From the NCBI RefSeq assembly GCF_006345805.1, contig NC_042998.1, positions 149,420,001 to 149,484,000 of the forward strand: DNA of 64,000 nt, written 5' to 3'. The notes below the pieces were generated by a model. It ran no database searches, had not been told where the DNA came from, and saw only the letters and a program-made list of their open reading frames with translations. The position numbers were made by a program, and so were the translations under genes. Shown here one piece after another: positions 39,196 through 51,606 of this stretch; within the stretch, counting starts at the first letter, position 1; every line of letters starts with the position of its first letter. This DNA is from Octopus sinensis (Eukaryota).

Positions 39196-40802
39196 ACCTC
39201 AAAACTACAATATTACAATACTTATTGGCTCATATTTCTTGACTATTGACTTCCATCAACATATACAAATTTCAAATATTACCATAAAGACATTCCAATT
39301 CTCAAGATGGTTGAATGATTATGGTATCAATCGGTCAGCCGAAAGCTCTGCGGTTCATATCTTGACCAGCTACTGAAGTGTGTCTGTAGTAAAGACATTA
39401 ATTTCATGAGGTTCAGCCGAATAAGGCAAACATTAATTCAATTGCTGTAAGTAGTGGCAGCACCGTGTAGCTGACGAGAGTTTCGCTGCTCCATGCTACC
39501 ATGTAACTATCCATCTTTGTGTTATTTGAGTATAACTTCAAGAGAAGTAAGTTCCAACTAGTAAACTCACGCCAACAAAGTTACCGGAAGTTTAATACTT
39601 AATCTTTTGTCTTCGGAAGTGTTCTTTCGATGCACCTGGTCGTGAGGTTTACTTTAATAATGATCTGCCTCATGTTAAAGTGGATCATCATCAACACCAA
39701 TATCTACAAATACAGCCTGCACAGCCTTCAAACACATCAGTCCAGAATGAGGTCCCTACAGGAATAGATCTGTCAGAAATATTAGTCTTATGTTACTAAA
39801 ATCATACCCAACCTGGTTATATTTCACTTTAATTTTAGTACCAGTCAACTAGATAATTAATCTATTGATCTGATGGTTGATCGATTAACCTGTCAAAGTC
39901 CTTCTTCAGAACTTTTGATCTTATCAATGACTGCGGCTCTCAATCAGCTCTTTCTTCTCAGCATTTATTGCTTAATTACTGTTCATCAGTGATAAAGTCA
40001 CAGGCTGTGATTGATAAATCGATTAAACAATTAATCAACTGATTATTTATCTAATTGATTGGTCATAAACCCGAAGTGAAACATAGCCAGTGCATGTGGT
40101 TTAAACGGAAGTATGACCCTCCCAAATTACACCAATATCAGTTTTAGCACATGATTCACGCCAACAATCTCACAAAACAATACAAAAACGAATCAGTCTT
40201 TAAGAACAATGAGGACACATTGTATAATAAAGTCTTAGGTACACTATACTGATCGGGTGCAGCTGGATGGGCTGAACTGGGGACAGGGCTAAGTTGAGAA
40301 CTAAACAGCAACTCATAAATATACGCCGAAAAGTTCCAACATTTACAAGGAAGGTCTGCGAGGATGAACCTAGTATTTCAAAAAGGAAGTTCGCATTCAC
40401 TTTATCACTAATCAAATTAAGTATGAGTCAGGTGAAAGACAACGATTCATTCTCTTTCCCAGAGGGCGTTAGACTGAAGTATAGTGACACACAGCACTTG
40501 ATAATATTTTTTATTCAGAAATTAATACACGTGCTAAACACGAAACAAGACGAAGATAAAAGAGAGGAATCTTTTGAAACTTCAAACAGCTGAGATTTAT
40601 GTTTAACTTTTTACACAAAAAGTATAATTGCAGTTATTATGTCTGAAAGCGAAGCAAAGCTAAACTTAGGTTTTTTCACATGGCATTTTCATTCTGAGAA
40701 AAAAAAATAAATAAAAATAAAAACAAAATAAAAAACAAGGAGCCATGGCGCAAAATGTTTAAATACAAACGTAGTTTCATATATGTGTATGTGTGCAATG
40801 TG

Positions 40803-41010
40803 AGGGCGCATGGCCTGGTGGTTAAGGTTTTGCACTCGCAATCATGAAATCGTGGTTTCCGTTCCTGGACCAGCTGATGTGTTGTGCTCTGCGATCACTT
40901 CCACACCTGTAAACCTGTTCACTCGATTTAATGGAATGGGTAAGCTAATGTACAGCACAAACATTTGATAAATGCAAAAAAAATCACTTGTGCTGGTTAT
41001 TCAGCAAGAA
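40803..41010 (+). mobile_element. SINE family B head with variant tail
   Basis: agggcgcatggcctggtggttaagg...gtttccgttcctggacc head. Confidence 0.75.
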
Positions 41011-41269
41011 ATTGCGAAACCATCTTTCTTGGACTACGAGATACCACCACTACCACCACCACCACCACCATCATCATCATCATCGTCGTCATCGTGTTAG
41101 CAATAATAATGCAATGAGGCATATTTGTACAAGAGAAATGGAAGTGAGATTATATGAGAGTGTGCGTGCACGTACGTGCGTTTGTATATGTGATTGGTTA
41201 TGTGCGTGTGATTGGGTACGTAGGTGTATGTATTATCAGTTCAAGTGATAGTAGAAAATGTGAACATAT

Positions 41270-41520
41270 TTATACGAACATAGCTACAATTTTGTCCAGT
41301 GTGGTAAGGAGATTAAAAGAGAGGATCCTGGAAAACCCCGAAATAAACTGGAGTATTATAGCCAAGTACAGTAAGTATAAGAGACGAGGTAGCAAAGGCA
41401 AGTTTTGTATCACAGAGAAGCTAAACATCCTAACTTCAACAGCGATCATTTTAAAAGGCTGCGAAGAAACTGGGATTTTAAGCATTACTGCATTTCAAAT
41501 ATTTACCTATCCAACAGGAT
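41270..41520 (+). mobile_element. PLE endonuclease C-terminal remnant
   Basis: TILSSVVRRLKE..INWSIIAKYSKYKRRGSKGKFCITEKLNIL matches the PLE pattern TxLSxxxWxLK..IxWxI..YxxGS..CxLCxxEKLxI. Confidence 0.65.
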
Positions 41521-42369
41521 AACTAGTCTATATTCCATACACTCTACCACTATTTTCCCAGGCCCATGACCACTCAATACAAAGAGCCCCAGGTACTAAG
41601 GCAAAAATTCAAAGCTACCCATTTTCGCGTATATAGAGGCATATTTTTTATATAAGTAGCATGCTTACACATTTGCTACACAATTACCTGTAGCATGAGT
41701 TGCTGTCAACACAGCAGAATATTTATTGATATATTATCGCTTTCAAGGTCATTACTAAGGTAAGAGATGCAGCAACTGCCCAAATCCCCAGACATTAACA
41801 TTCCTTTGTATGTATTCTGTATACGAATAAGCATATCCTAGTTATGAGGAGAAGAAATTTTGGGTGCAAAGAAAAATCGCTATAGAATAAGATTAAATTT
41901 GAAACGATGCTATATGCAAAGCTATATAATAGATGCAGTTAAAATAAAAAGGTACTTGGAGATGAAGTGAACCTGTATATTGAAATGAATAGCATCCATC
42001 AAATAACATATCTCCAGACATAATGTGTTTTGATAGTTAGGCTCACAGGTGTCTATGATGAATTGATGTCTTCGTCAGTGAAAGATGCCTGAAGAAATTT
42101 GCAATTTGTGTGAAGCTATTTAAATATGCTTCTATTTAAATATGCTTTAGTACTAAGAATAGAGCGGCTTGTGAACAAACATTCATCTCAAAGAGAAGCT
42201 GCGTTGTCGAGATACAACAGCAACTAGCATATTCCCGATCGAATCTGCCGGAATGAACGCTGGTCATGGTACACATCACGTTTTACTAAGAAGGATGATT
42301 ATAGAGAAATACTGATACGATCTACGACAAAATGAAATGATGATGATGATGATGATAATAATAATAATA

Positions 42370-42429
<60 letters not shown>

Positions 42430-42431
<2 letters not shown>

Positions 42432-42970
42432 TGCCATGATGCCCTGATTCAGTACCAGACAGTGGCTCTCGTGGCTTCTGATCTTAACTGATTGGAAGTG
42501 TTATCATGTACATTGTTTTGTCTTGGTATAAAAGATGGGCTACAGCAAATATTCTGATCACTACCACAGATTTGCTTGTCAGTTATTTGACCTTAACCAG
42601 TTGAGCATGTCCCTAAGTGGCTGACGATATGTGCATCTCTGATCACGAGCAGTAGCGTGGGAGCATCATAGACATGTGTTGAGAGGGATTCATTGGGGTT
42701 TGAATAATTTACCCCAGGAAACATGGATGTTTCGCTCAACCTCCTTAAACAACCCTTATTCAGAGACCTTTTGAGCGGGATGGGTTACTCGACCAGAAGA
42801 AAATTCTAACTGGGCCCCACCTGCAAGATCATGCGCTGTTTATCTTGATATGAGATCACAATGTCGCGCACATAAGGTACACCAGGCACATGCATCACAA
42901 CCATATGTGCGCGACATATCAGACGGGTAGTCATGATGGGTATACTGGGCTTCGTATATTTTACCCCAGT
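42430..42970. mobile_element. Unclassified ~540-bp interspersed repeat adjoining (TAA)n
   Basis: Complex sequence starting abruptly after (TAA)n; recalled as a common octopus repeat but class not established; contains a 14-bp IR at 42861-42874/42904-42917. Confidence 0.45.
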
Positions 42971-42989
42971 ATCACAAGGCTAGCAGGTT

Positions 42990-43395
42990 GAAAGTAGATA
43001 AGGTGATTACATCAACCCCAGTGTTCAACTGATACTTATTTTATCGGCCTCGAAAGAACGAACTGCAAAGTCACCCTCGGCGACATTTGAACTCAGAACA
43101 TAAAGTCGGAAGAAATGCCACTATGCATTTTTCCCGACGCGGTAACGACTCTGTCAGCTCGTCGCCTTAATAATAACAATAATTGTTTCTACTAAAAACA
43201 CAAGTCTCAAAATTTTAGAGGAGGAGATTAGTCGATTACATCGACTCCTGTGTTTCACTGGTACTTATTTTATCGACCCCGAAAGGCAAAGTCATTTTCG
43301 GTGTAATTTGAACTAAGAATGTAGTGATGGATGAAATACCGCTAAGAATTTGGCCCAGCGTGCTAACGATTCTGCCCGCTCGACGCCTAAATAAT
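42990..43395 (-). mobile_element. Two tandem SINE family C copies
   Basis: gtacttattttatcg.ccc(c)gaaag...aaagtc core twice (~42990-43170 and ~43200-43395). Confidence 0.8.
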
Positions 43396-43511
43396 GCCCT
43401 CGTGAAGCTTTCAGTTATATTTCAACATCTCTTTACCTTCACTTGCCCTAGGGCCCTAAGTGTGTCCCGGAAAGTGAATACATCAAATATGGATATTAAA
43501 AGTAAACAACA

Positions 43512-43560
<49 letters not shown>

Positions 43561-43564
43561 CAAC

Positions 43565-43646
<82 letters not shown>

Positions 43647-43869
43647 GTTATAATAATAATAAACGCAAAAGAACTCAAATTTACCGATATCATCATTGAA
43701 ACAAACAAGTTTAATGTTATGAACTGTTATACATAATTCGCATATATTTTCATGCAACGAGAATTAGTGAAACGTCTCAATAATATTAATAAAATGAGAA
43801 ACTGAAGGCAACAAACTGCATTTACTCTTATATAAGTTGTTCTATTTTGTATTTGATTTTAAGAGAAAA

Positions 43870-43985
43870 ACTTGGAGCGCGACTTTATAGATGAGGAAAT
43901 GCAAAAAGTATGAAGGGGAAAAAATTTGGAACAAGATTTGATTCTAAATTAGGGGTGCAACTTATACACGTGTAAAAACGGTTCA
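43870..43985. mobile_element. Possible pogo/Tc2-like terminal inverted repeat remnant
   Basis: ggggtgcaacttatacacgtgtaaaaacggt resembles a (TA)CCGT..TT..TATAAG.CGCACC terminus; subterminal echo ggagcgcgactttatag; no partner end seen. Confidence 0.35.
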
Positions 43986-44048
43986 TGTATGTGTGCATGA
44001 CAGTGTCTGAGTATGTAGCAATGTATTGTATATATGTACGTATGTGTG

Positions 44049-44109
<61 letters not shown>

Positions 44110-44129
44110 ACATATATATGGATGTATTC

Positions 44130-44240
44130 TTTATTGAAAAGCAGCAGAAATATTACAAAAACTGTTGCTCAGTGTTTCACATTCCCGTTCGTCGAACATT
44201 GTAGCAAAGCCGTCCGACAAACGGGAACGTGATATTTTTG
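44130..44240 (-). ncRNA. Second copy of the 17.8-kb HHR family (motif 44162-44198) plus partial inverted duplicate
   Basis: Shared tttattgaaaagcagca..ttacaaaa.ctgtt; minus strand TCGACGA-acg ggaa tgt-GAAAC; plus strand CCGACAA-acgggaacgt-GATA at ~44214-44234. Confidence 0.55.
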
Positions 44241-44530
44241 CTATATTAATAATAATAATGTCTATTACTCTACCTCTGGTATTTGAGTACTCTCTTTTTC
44301 CACCTTGTTTCACATTTATGTGCTTACTCAAGTGTATATATGTACGTATATATCTATGTACGTACATATGTCGGTATATATTTATATATGTATTCGTACA
44401 TGAATCTAAAATGAATTCAAAGAAAGGTTCAGTACTAGGTGTACGAATAACAAAGAGAAATATAAAAAGAAATCCTTGATTTAACGCAATTATCATCGCG
44501 TATATATATAATATATATATATATATATAA

Positions 44531-44561
<31 letters not shown>

Positions 44562-44934
44562 GAGAGAGAGATTCATATATAGATACACACATACATGTAT
44601 AAATTTAATTGATGCTCACAGACAATTGGTACCAACTCGAAATGAGGAAGGTAGATAATCTCAAGAATTTTAAAATTTCGAAAAGTCTGAAATTTATCTT
44701 GCATGTTATTTCATATCTTATTTGTGATTGCTATTCAAGTACACGTTATTGGCCATTCTCAGTCATTCTATGCATATGCATGTATATTTCCTCTTTCTGA
44801 CGAACATCCATATATGTAGCGTCACACGCCATTTTTATTTTACCATCTTAAACTGAGTGTCAGGCTAATACTTTTACTGCGTATAGTCTTTTGACGATGT
44901 TTTTATTTTTGTCTTTCTTTTTATTTGTGTATAT

Positions 44935-44965
<31 letters not shown>

Positions 44966-45061
44966 TAATCCCCCTCCCAAAAAAAAACGAAGAACAAAGA
45001 AAAAACAACAACGCGAGGACGTGGTACATGTAAAGTATTAGCAGACGCTCATATATAAAAA

Positions 45062-45137
<76 letters not shown>

Positions 45138-45141
45138 GTAT

Positions 45142-45398
45142 GCGCACCTTCGTGTTGGGATCACCACTACTTTTTATGTTCTTCCTAGCTCTTCTGTGTG
45201 ACCCTTCTGAGCGGCATTCGTTATGATAGCTAGCTAGCCACTAGACCTTTTTCTGTTTTCTCTCCCTGTTTATTTCTGTGTTCCTTTCTGTCGAAGAGTG
45301 TAGGCTCGAAACGTAAAAGACTTTCTCACTTCCCGAGCGTTAAACTAATACATCCGTTTGTTGTTTACACACTCAACTTCGTCTTTTGTAAATTCTCA
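45142..45398 (+). mobile_element. Solo copy of the PLE 3' terminal repeat with HHR (45284-45319)
   Basis: Colinear with reverse complement of ~23561-23835 (gcacctt.gtgttggg, tgacccttctg..cggca, atgatag, ttttctctcc.tgttt); cttt-CUGUCGA-A-GAGU guag GCUC-GAA-ACGU-A-aaag; (TA)n flanks. Confidence 0.85.
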
Positions 45399-45429
<31 letters not shown>

Positions 45430-45770
45430 CACACCCCATATTATATATATATATATATATATGTATAAATTTAATGCTAAATTTATGAAGGTAAAAATAA
45501 GATATTCCCAACATCTCTCCTTCACATTCTTTCTATTTCCGACCATTGAAACCTTATAACATATAAAAATGTGAGTTGCGCGTATATATACAAATACATA
45601 TATATGTATATACATGTATATAAATATATATATAATATATATATATATGTATCTATCTATATGTATACATATATATATATACGTATATATGTATATGTAT
45701 ATTTTTATTTATATATATATATGTATTATATATAATACATATATATATATATCCATACATGCATATATAC

Positions 45771-45823
<53 letters not shown>

Positions 45824-45949
45824 CATATACACACGCACATATATAGGTGTATGCATGCTTACATACATTCATACAGTGGTACACATATTGTATGTGTATG
45901 TGGGTATCTATGTGTATGTGTGTGTATATGTGTATGTGAGAGAGTGAGT

Positions 45950-46215
45950 CAGTGTGGAAAATTTAGCGGTTTCCATGGTAACCAGTGCAAACGTCCAATT
46001 ACAATACGAAGTAATTGATTGAGAATTTCCAGCAGCCAAATGAAACGAACCAATTTCTGGCTGGCTCTAAGAGCTGACGAAACACAGCCAACTATTCTAC
46101 CATTCAGGGACTTTTTCAAGACAGTCAAGTTTTAAGTTCACTCACCGACAACAAAACAACAAAACAGTGAAAATCAAACAAAATATTAAATATTAAGATG
46201 GCGACGTTGGTATAG
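45950..46215 (+). promoter_or_regulatory. Candidate promoter/first exon with RFX X-box and YY1-like motif
   Basis: GTTTCCATGGTAAC (45969-45982) fits the X-box consensus; CCAAT motifs; AAGATGGCG (46195-46203) containing an ATG and a weak donor TTG|gtatag; a non-repetitive island between microsatellites. Confidence 0.4.
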
Positions 46216-46307
46216 TTTGTATTCACTTGATTTGTTAACGTTTTTTTCAATTTCAAGCCACATTACATTTATGCATGTATGTTATTATATATATATATAT
46301 ATATATA

Positions 46308-46380
<73 letters not shown>

Positions 46381-46385
46381 GTATG

Positions 46386-46431
<46 letters not shown>

Positions 46432-46441
46432 GTATATTGTA

Positions 46442-46513
<72 letters not shown>

Positions 46514-46537
46514 CATATACATATATATATATATTAT

Positions 46538-46600
<63 letters not shown>

Positions 46601-46973
46601 TACATACATATACACATGTAAACATATATTGGTATAAATTATTTATGTGTATACCCATATTTGCGTATACATGTGTATGCATATATCTATGTGTGAATTT
46701 AAGCCTCCTCTTTTTCATCCTTCATTTATTGTCTTCTGTTTTGCTCTCCCTTTCTCTCTCTCTCCATCTCTCTTCTATCTCTCTTTCTCTCTCTCTCTCT
46801 CTCCATCATCTTCTTTCGCATTCTTCATGCGCTTTGTATATTTCTGTATTGTTTCTAGAACTTTCTTTCCCAATCCTCACAAAGATGATTACAATATAAT
46901 GAAAAGCTATATATGTGTGTGTGTGTGTATGTGTGTGTGTGTATGTATATATGTTTATATATATATTATATAT

Positions 46974-47035
<62 letters not shown>

Positions 47036-47488
47036 CATATTTTATATATGTATCGTGTGTGTGTGATTGTATGTATGCATGTATATATATCAAAATAAAT
47101 TAAGATCAGCAGCAGCACCATAGCATGCATGGGTTCTAATCGCTGTAGTAGTAGTTATATGAACATCAGCAACGGCAGCAGCATTAACAACAGCAACAAC
47201 AACAGCAACAGAGCCAGCATCTGAAATATTAGAAGCAGCGTCAATAGCCAATATAATTAAATCAGATATAATAAGTGGTATAATTTAATTAAGGATATAA
47301 TGTGCGTGTGCATATATGTGTGAATGTATACATGTGTCGGTATGTATATTCATATATGATGTATATACATACAAACACACATATATATGATGTACACATT
47401 TGTATATGTGTACACGTATGTATGAGTATGTATATGTTTGTTGGTGTGTATATATATATATATATATATACATATATATATGTATATA

Positions 47489-47536
<48 letters not shown>

Positions 47537-47724
47537 CGTATATATCAATACATGTTGTATGTATGTATGCATGTATGTATATTAATATAATATGCTAAGA
47601 TACATCAATAATTAAACGCATGCATATATATATATATCTATATATAGACATACACATATATATTCTCTAATCTAACTATATGCTTATATATACATGCATA
47701 TGTATATATATATGTGTGTATATA

Positions 47725-47770
<46 letters not shown>

Positions 47771-47781
47771 TATATATATAT

Positions 47782-47831
<50 letters not shown>

Positions 47832-48943
47832 ATATGCATGTATGTATGTATGTCTATATACATATACAGAAATACATGTGTGAGCGAGGGGAGCTAGGGA
47901 GAAAGAGAGAGAGAGGGAAAGAGAGATAGAGATAGCGAGAGTGATTACTGTGTATATGAAAAGAAAATGCAATATATACATGCACATACCTATATTTTAA
48001 TATATTAAAATATATGTCTGTGCGTGTGTATATATGTATATGCATATATATGCATACATATATATATGTGTGTGTGTATATATATATAGACATATATATG
48101 TTACATATGTGTGTGTATACAGTATATATCTATATATAAGTATGTATATGTATATACACACACATGCACACTCGTTTACACGTACTCACGCATACATAAT
48201 ATAATGTATAGATATACATACACTCGGACTAGCATACACATACATTCACACAAGAATGTATATATACACACTCAGCTTCATTAGTTAGCATCAATGACGA
48301 GGTTTAATTATGCATTGTTTCCAAGAATTGACTGAAGACAACACGCGCCCACCCAATCGCATGCACATGCACACTCACCGACATATGCAAGTGGCACCCC
48401 ACCCCAATACTGCAATATGAATTCCTGTTTATTAATGTGCATCATTATAGAAACCTGCATACGTGTACATGCGTGTGAATATTTTCATATACTATATAAC
48501 GTATCGCCATTTGTGTACAATAGCGTCGTTTATTTCAAATTCTCAGCAACTGTCTGAATTTGTTCACTCTACGTTTTATCGTGAACGTGAGAAAGAACGT
48601 TCCTAATTCGATGGATTTCACTCGAAGAGCATCGGTTCTCTGCCATAATTTATATCCTTCAAATATTTACAGCGAAAGATACATCTATATATAGGTCTAA
48701 ATATTATCTATCCATTTACCTTTTTTCAATAAAAGCATCTGTTTCTTTCACTAGTGTTTGTTCTTGTGATTGTCTTTCCTTTTCGTATGGAGCTGTAATT
48801 ATGAAGCATCATCCAGAATTGGTGATAATTTTAAAAATTCAATATTTGATGTTGTATGGTATTTGAGGTACCTGTATTTGTCTATGATATTCATACTCGC
48901 GCCACTACTACTCTAACTTAATTATTAAAAATCATTCTTCATT

Positions 48944-48997
<54 letters not shown>

Positions 48998-49073
48998 ATA
49001 TATATTATATATATATGTATATATGTATATATATATAAATAGAGTTTAACGCAGTTATAATTCAAATACTTTT

Positions 49074-49162
49074 ACTTCCGACACATGTTTCGAAGATATC
49101 ACTGATATTATTCCGAAGGAATAAAATGGTGTAAAACAATGTAATCTTCTCTTCAGGGAAGT
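49074..49162 (-). ncRNA. Canonical-core type I hammerhead with large stem II insertion
   Basis: acttcc-CUGAAGA-gaagat..(46 nt)..atcttc-GAA-ACAUGUGU-C-ggaagt. Confidence 0.85.
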
Positions 49163-49702
49163 GAAGAAATGAAACTCGTCAATAAGAGATTTCAATAGAA
49201 AATGATGATATGTATAGTGATTTACTGAACGCTATTAATATTGTTTAAAAAAACGTTTTATGATATAACGTCAGAAGTAGCCTATAGAAAGAGGAGGGAT
49301 ATTTGTTTTAGTGAATTTAGAATGGTTGATTCTCTCAATATCGATACCTTATGACAAAGGCAAGGAATTATGTCTTCTCTGTAATTCTGAACTATTTTTC
49401 ATTATTTTTTTTCTAAAAATCCCCTAGTAAACACGGTTATAGCGCGTGTATACCAATGTAAACATTGGCAAAAACACACCTTTAGTTCATATAAGTAATC
49501 TCTATAATTATATATAATTTAAACATTAATTTTCTTTTTATATTTAACATTCACTAAAAAAATATCCCTCCTCTTTCTATAGGCTGCTTCTGACGTTATA
49601 TCATATAACGTCTTTTTAAACAATATTAATAGCGTTCAGTAAATCACTGTACATATCCAACATTTTCTGTTAAAATGTCTTATTAACGAGTTTCATTTCT
49701 TC

Positions 49703-49791
49703 ACTTCCCTGAAGAGAAGATTACATTGTTTTAGACCATTTTATTCCTTTGGAATAATATCAGTGATATCTTCGAAACATGTGTCGGAAGT
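49703..49791 (+). ncRNA. Canonical-core type I hammerhead with large stem II insertion
   Basis: Stem I acttcc 49703-08/ggaagt 49786-91; CTGAAGA 49709-15; stem II gaagat/atcttc; GAAA 49774-77; GUC cleavage after 49785. Confidence 0.85.
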
Positions 49792-49989
49792 AAAAATGTT
49801 TGAATTATAAGGAAGTGCAAAAATAATGTTTAGCAGTTCAGAAGTGTGAGTAGTGAAATGCAGAATTAGTTCGACTGATGGTGAGAATCAAATATTGATC
49901 GCTTCGCCAAGTTCTGCAGGTGGTATGGGTTATTTCTCTTTGGTTGTTTAAATAAAATATTAGTAATATGCAGTACATAGAAGAATCCA

Positions 49990-50390
49990 TTGGAAGGGCC
50001 TAATTATCGATTTTTTTCAACAATCTAAGTATGTCACGAGGTTTCCTGACATGAGCTCTAATCACGTGTCAAATAAAGCATAACATTTTTGTCGGCAAGA
50101 ATTAGAAATAAGACACAAAAAAATCAATATTCAAAGTAATCGAACATAAAAAATAAAATGGGTTATTTCCCTTGAGTGTTTAAAAAAAATTAGTTATATG
50201 AGGTAGATATAAAGTTTCCTTCCAGGGGCCGTATTATCGATTTTTTAATACTCTAAGTATGTCACGAGGTTTCTAGACATGAGTTCTACTCACTTGTTAA
50301 GTTTCATGAGAATAAAACGATGTAGGAGGAGTTAGCTAACAACTCCACAAACAAACACACACCGATTTTCCACATATGTAGTTGATATAA
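49990..50390 (-). mobile_element. Helitron-like remnant with ~80-bp internal duplication
   Basis: attatcgattttt..ctaagtatgtcacgaggtttc..gacatgag twice (~50000, ~50230); minus-strand 5' A|TCAACTACATATGTGG..(tgtt)n end; layout like the 13697 element. Confidence 0.5.
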
Positions 50391-50636
50391 TATACTGATC
50401 CGTGTAATATGGTTCAACAAAAAGAGTATTCCATCTGGCGAGGGTAAAATATTGCTTTATACAAAGACCTAGCATACATAAACTATACTACTAATAGTTT
50501 CAGGTACATGGAAACCCAAGTACGTCTTCAGGCCTGAACAGCGTTTACCATGTAGGTGAAGCTATTACTAGCGTGGATAATGCATGTGAGGTGATTCGTA
50601 TAAAGCAATATATATATATATATATATATATATACT

Positions 50637-51060
50637 TTTTACTCTCTCTTTTTACTTGTTTCAGTCATGTGACTGTGGTCATGCTGCAGCGCACCGCCTT
50701 TAGTCGAGCAAATCGATACCAGGACTTATTCTTTCTAAGCCTAGTACTTATTCTATCAGTCTCTTTTGCCGAACAGCTAAGTTATGGGGATGTAAACATA
50801 CCAGCATCGGTTGTCAAGCGATGTTGGAGGGGGACAAACACAGAAACTCAGACACACAAACATATACACACACATACATTTATATATACATATATACGAC
50901 GGGCTTCTTTCAGTTTCAGTCTACCAAATTCACTTACAAGGTTTTGGTCGGCCCGAGGCTATAGTAGAAGACATTTGCCTAAGATGCCACGTAGTGGGAC
51001 TGAACGTGGAACCATGTGGTTCGTAAGCAAGCTACTTACCACTCAGCCACTCCTACGCCT
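50637..51060 (-). mobile_element. SINE family A, near full length
   Basis: All family A blocks in reverse orientation. Confidence 0.9.
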
Positions 51061-51370
51061 ATATATATAAAGCGGAGAATGTATGTCTCTCTGTGTGTCT
51101 GTATGTATGCATCACTACAACTTGAAAACTACCCAATGGATTTCATTGAAATTTTACACACGCCTTACTTAGGGTTTATGCAGTGTCATAGGACCAAACA
51201 AATTTCAACTTCTTCCCTAACGCGAGGCCGGAGCAATCAGTTATCTCTTACTCTATTTTCATATTGTGTCAAAAGTGAAATAATAACAACTCTATTAATA
51301 CTTTCACTACTACATGGTTTCAATTCCAGTTACTTTCATTATGTATCTGAATATATTAGTTTCATTTCAA
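51058..51370 (+). mobile_element. Possible Helitron-type 5' fragment
   Basis: ctatatatataaagcggagaatgtatgtc(tg)n..gatttcattgaaatttta resembles non-autonomous Helitron starts; no clear 3' end. Confidence 0.4.
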
Positions 51371-51396
51371 TATATATTTATGTACGTTATTATATG

Positions 51397-51430
<34 letters not shown>

Positions 51431-51553
51431 TGTATGTATGTATGTATGTATGTATGTATGTATGCATGCATGCATGTATGTATGTATGTATGTATGTATG
51501 TATGGATGGATGGATGGATGGATGCCTGTAATGTATATATTTATATCTTTGTA

Positions 51554-51603
<50 letters not shown>

Positions 51604-51606
51604 AAA

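Larger units (their letters stand above)
49055..49810. mobile_element. Fold-back element with ~260-bp inverted arms, each holding an intact HHR
   Basis: ~49055-49316 is the reverse complement of ~49548-49810 with a ~230-bp spacer; left flank (TA)n. Confidence 0.92.

Noticed and set aside
39465-39500. CTGACGA followed by GAG..CTC
   Set aside because: No GAAA after the helix; no valid HHR topology on either strand.
39620-39805. ATG-less open frame (CSFDAPGREVYFNNDLPHVKVD...) after a plausible acceptor
   Set aside because: Short, no recognisable domain, no good donor; cannot be supported as an exon without expression data.
40200-40593. 99-aa ORF and a possible short terminal exon
   Set aside because: No recognisable homology or consistent splice signals.
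46055-46090. gctc-taa-gagc hairpin near ctgacgaaac
   Set aside because: Core elements are in the wrong order and spacing for an HHR.
49830-49950. Possible downstream exon for the 46.2-kb promoter candidate
   Set aside because: Open frame is phase-incompatible with the candidate upstream exons.
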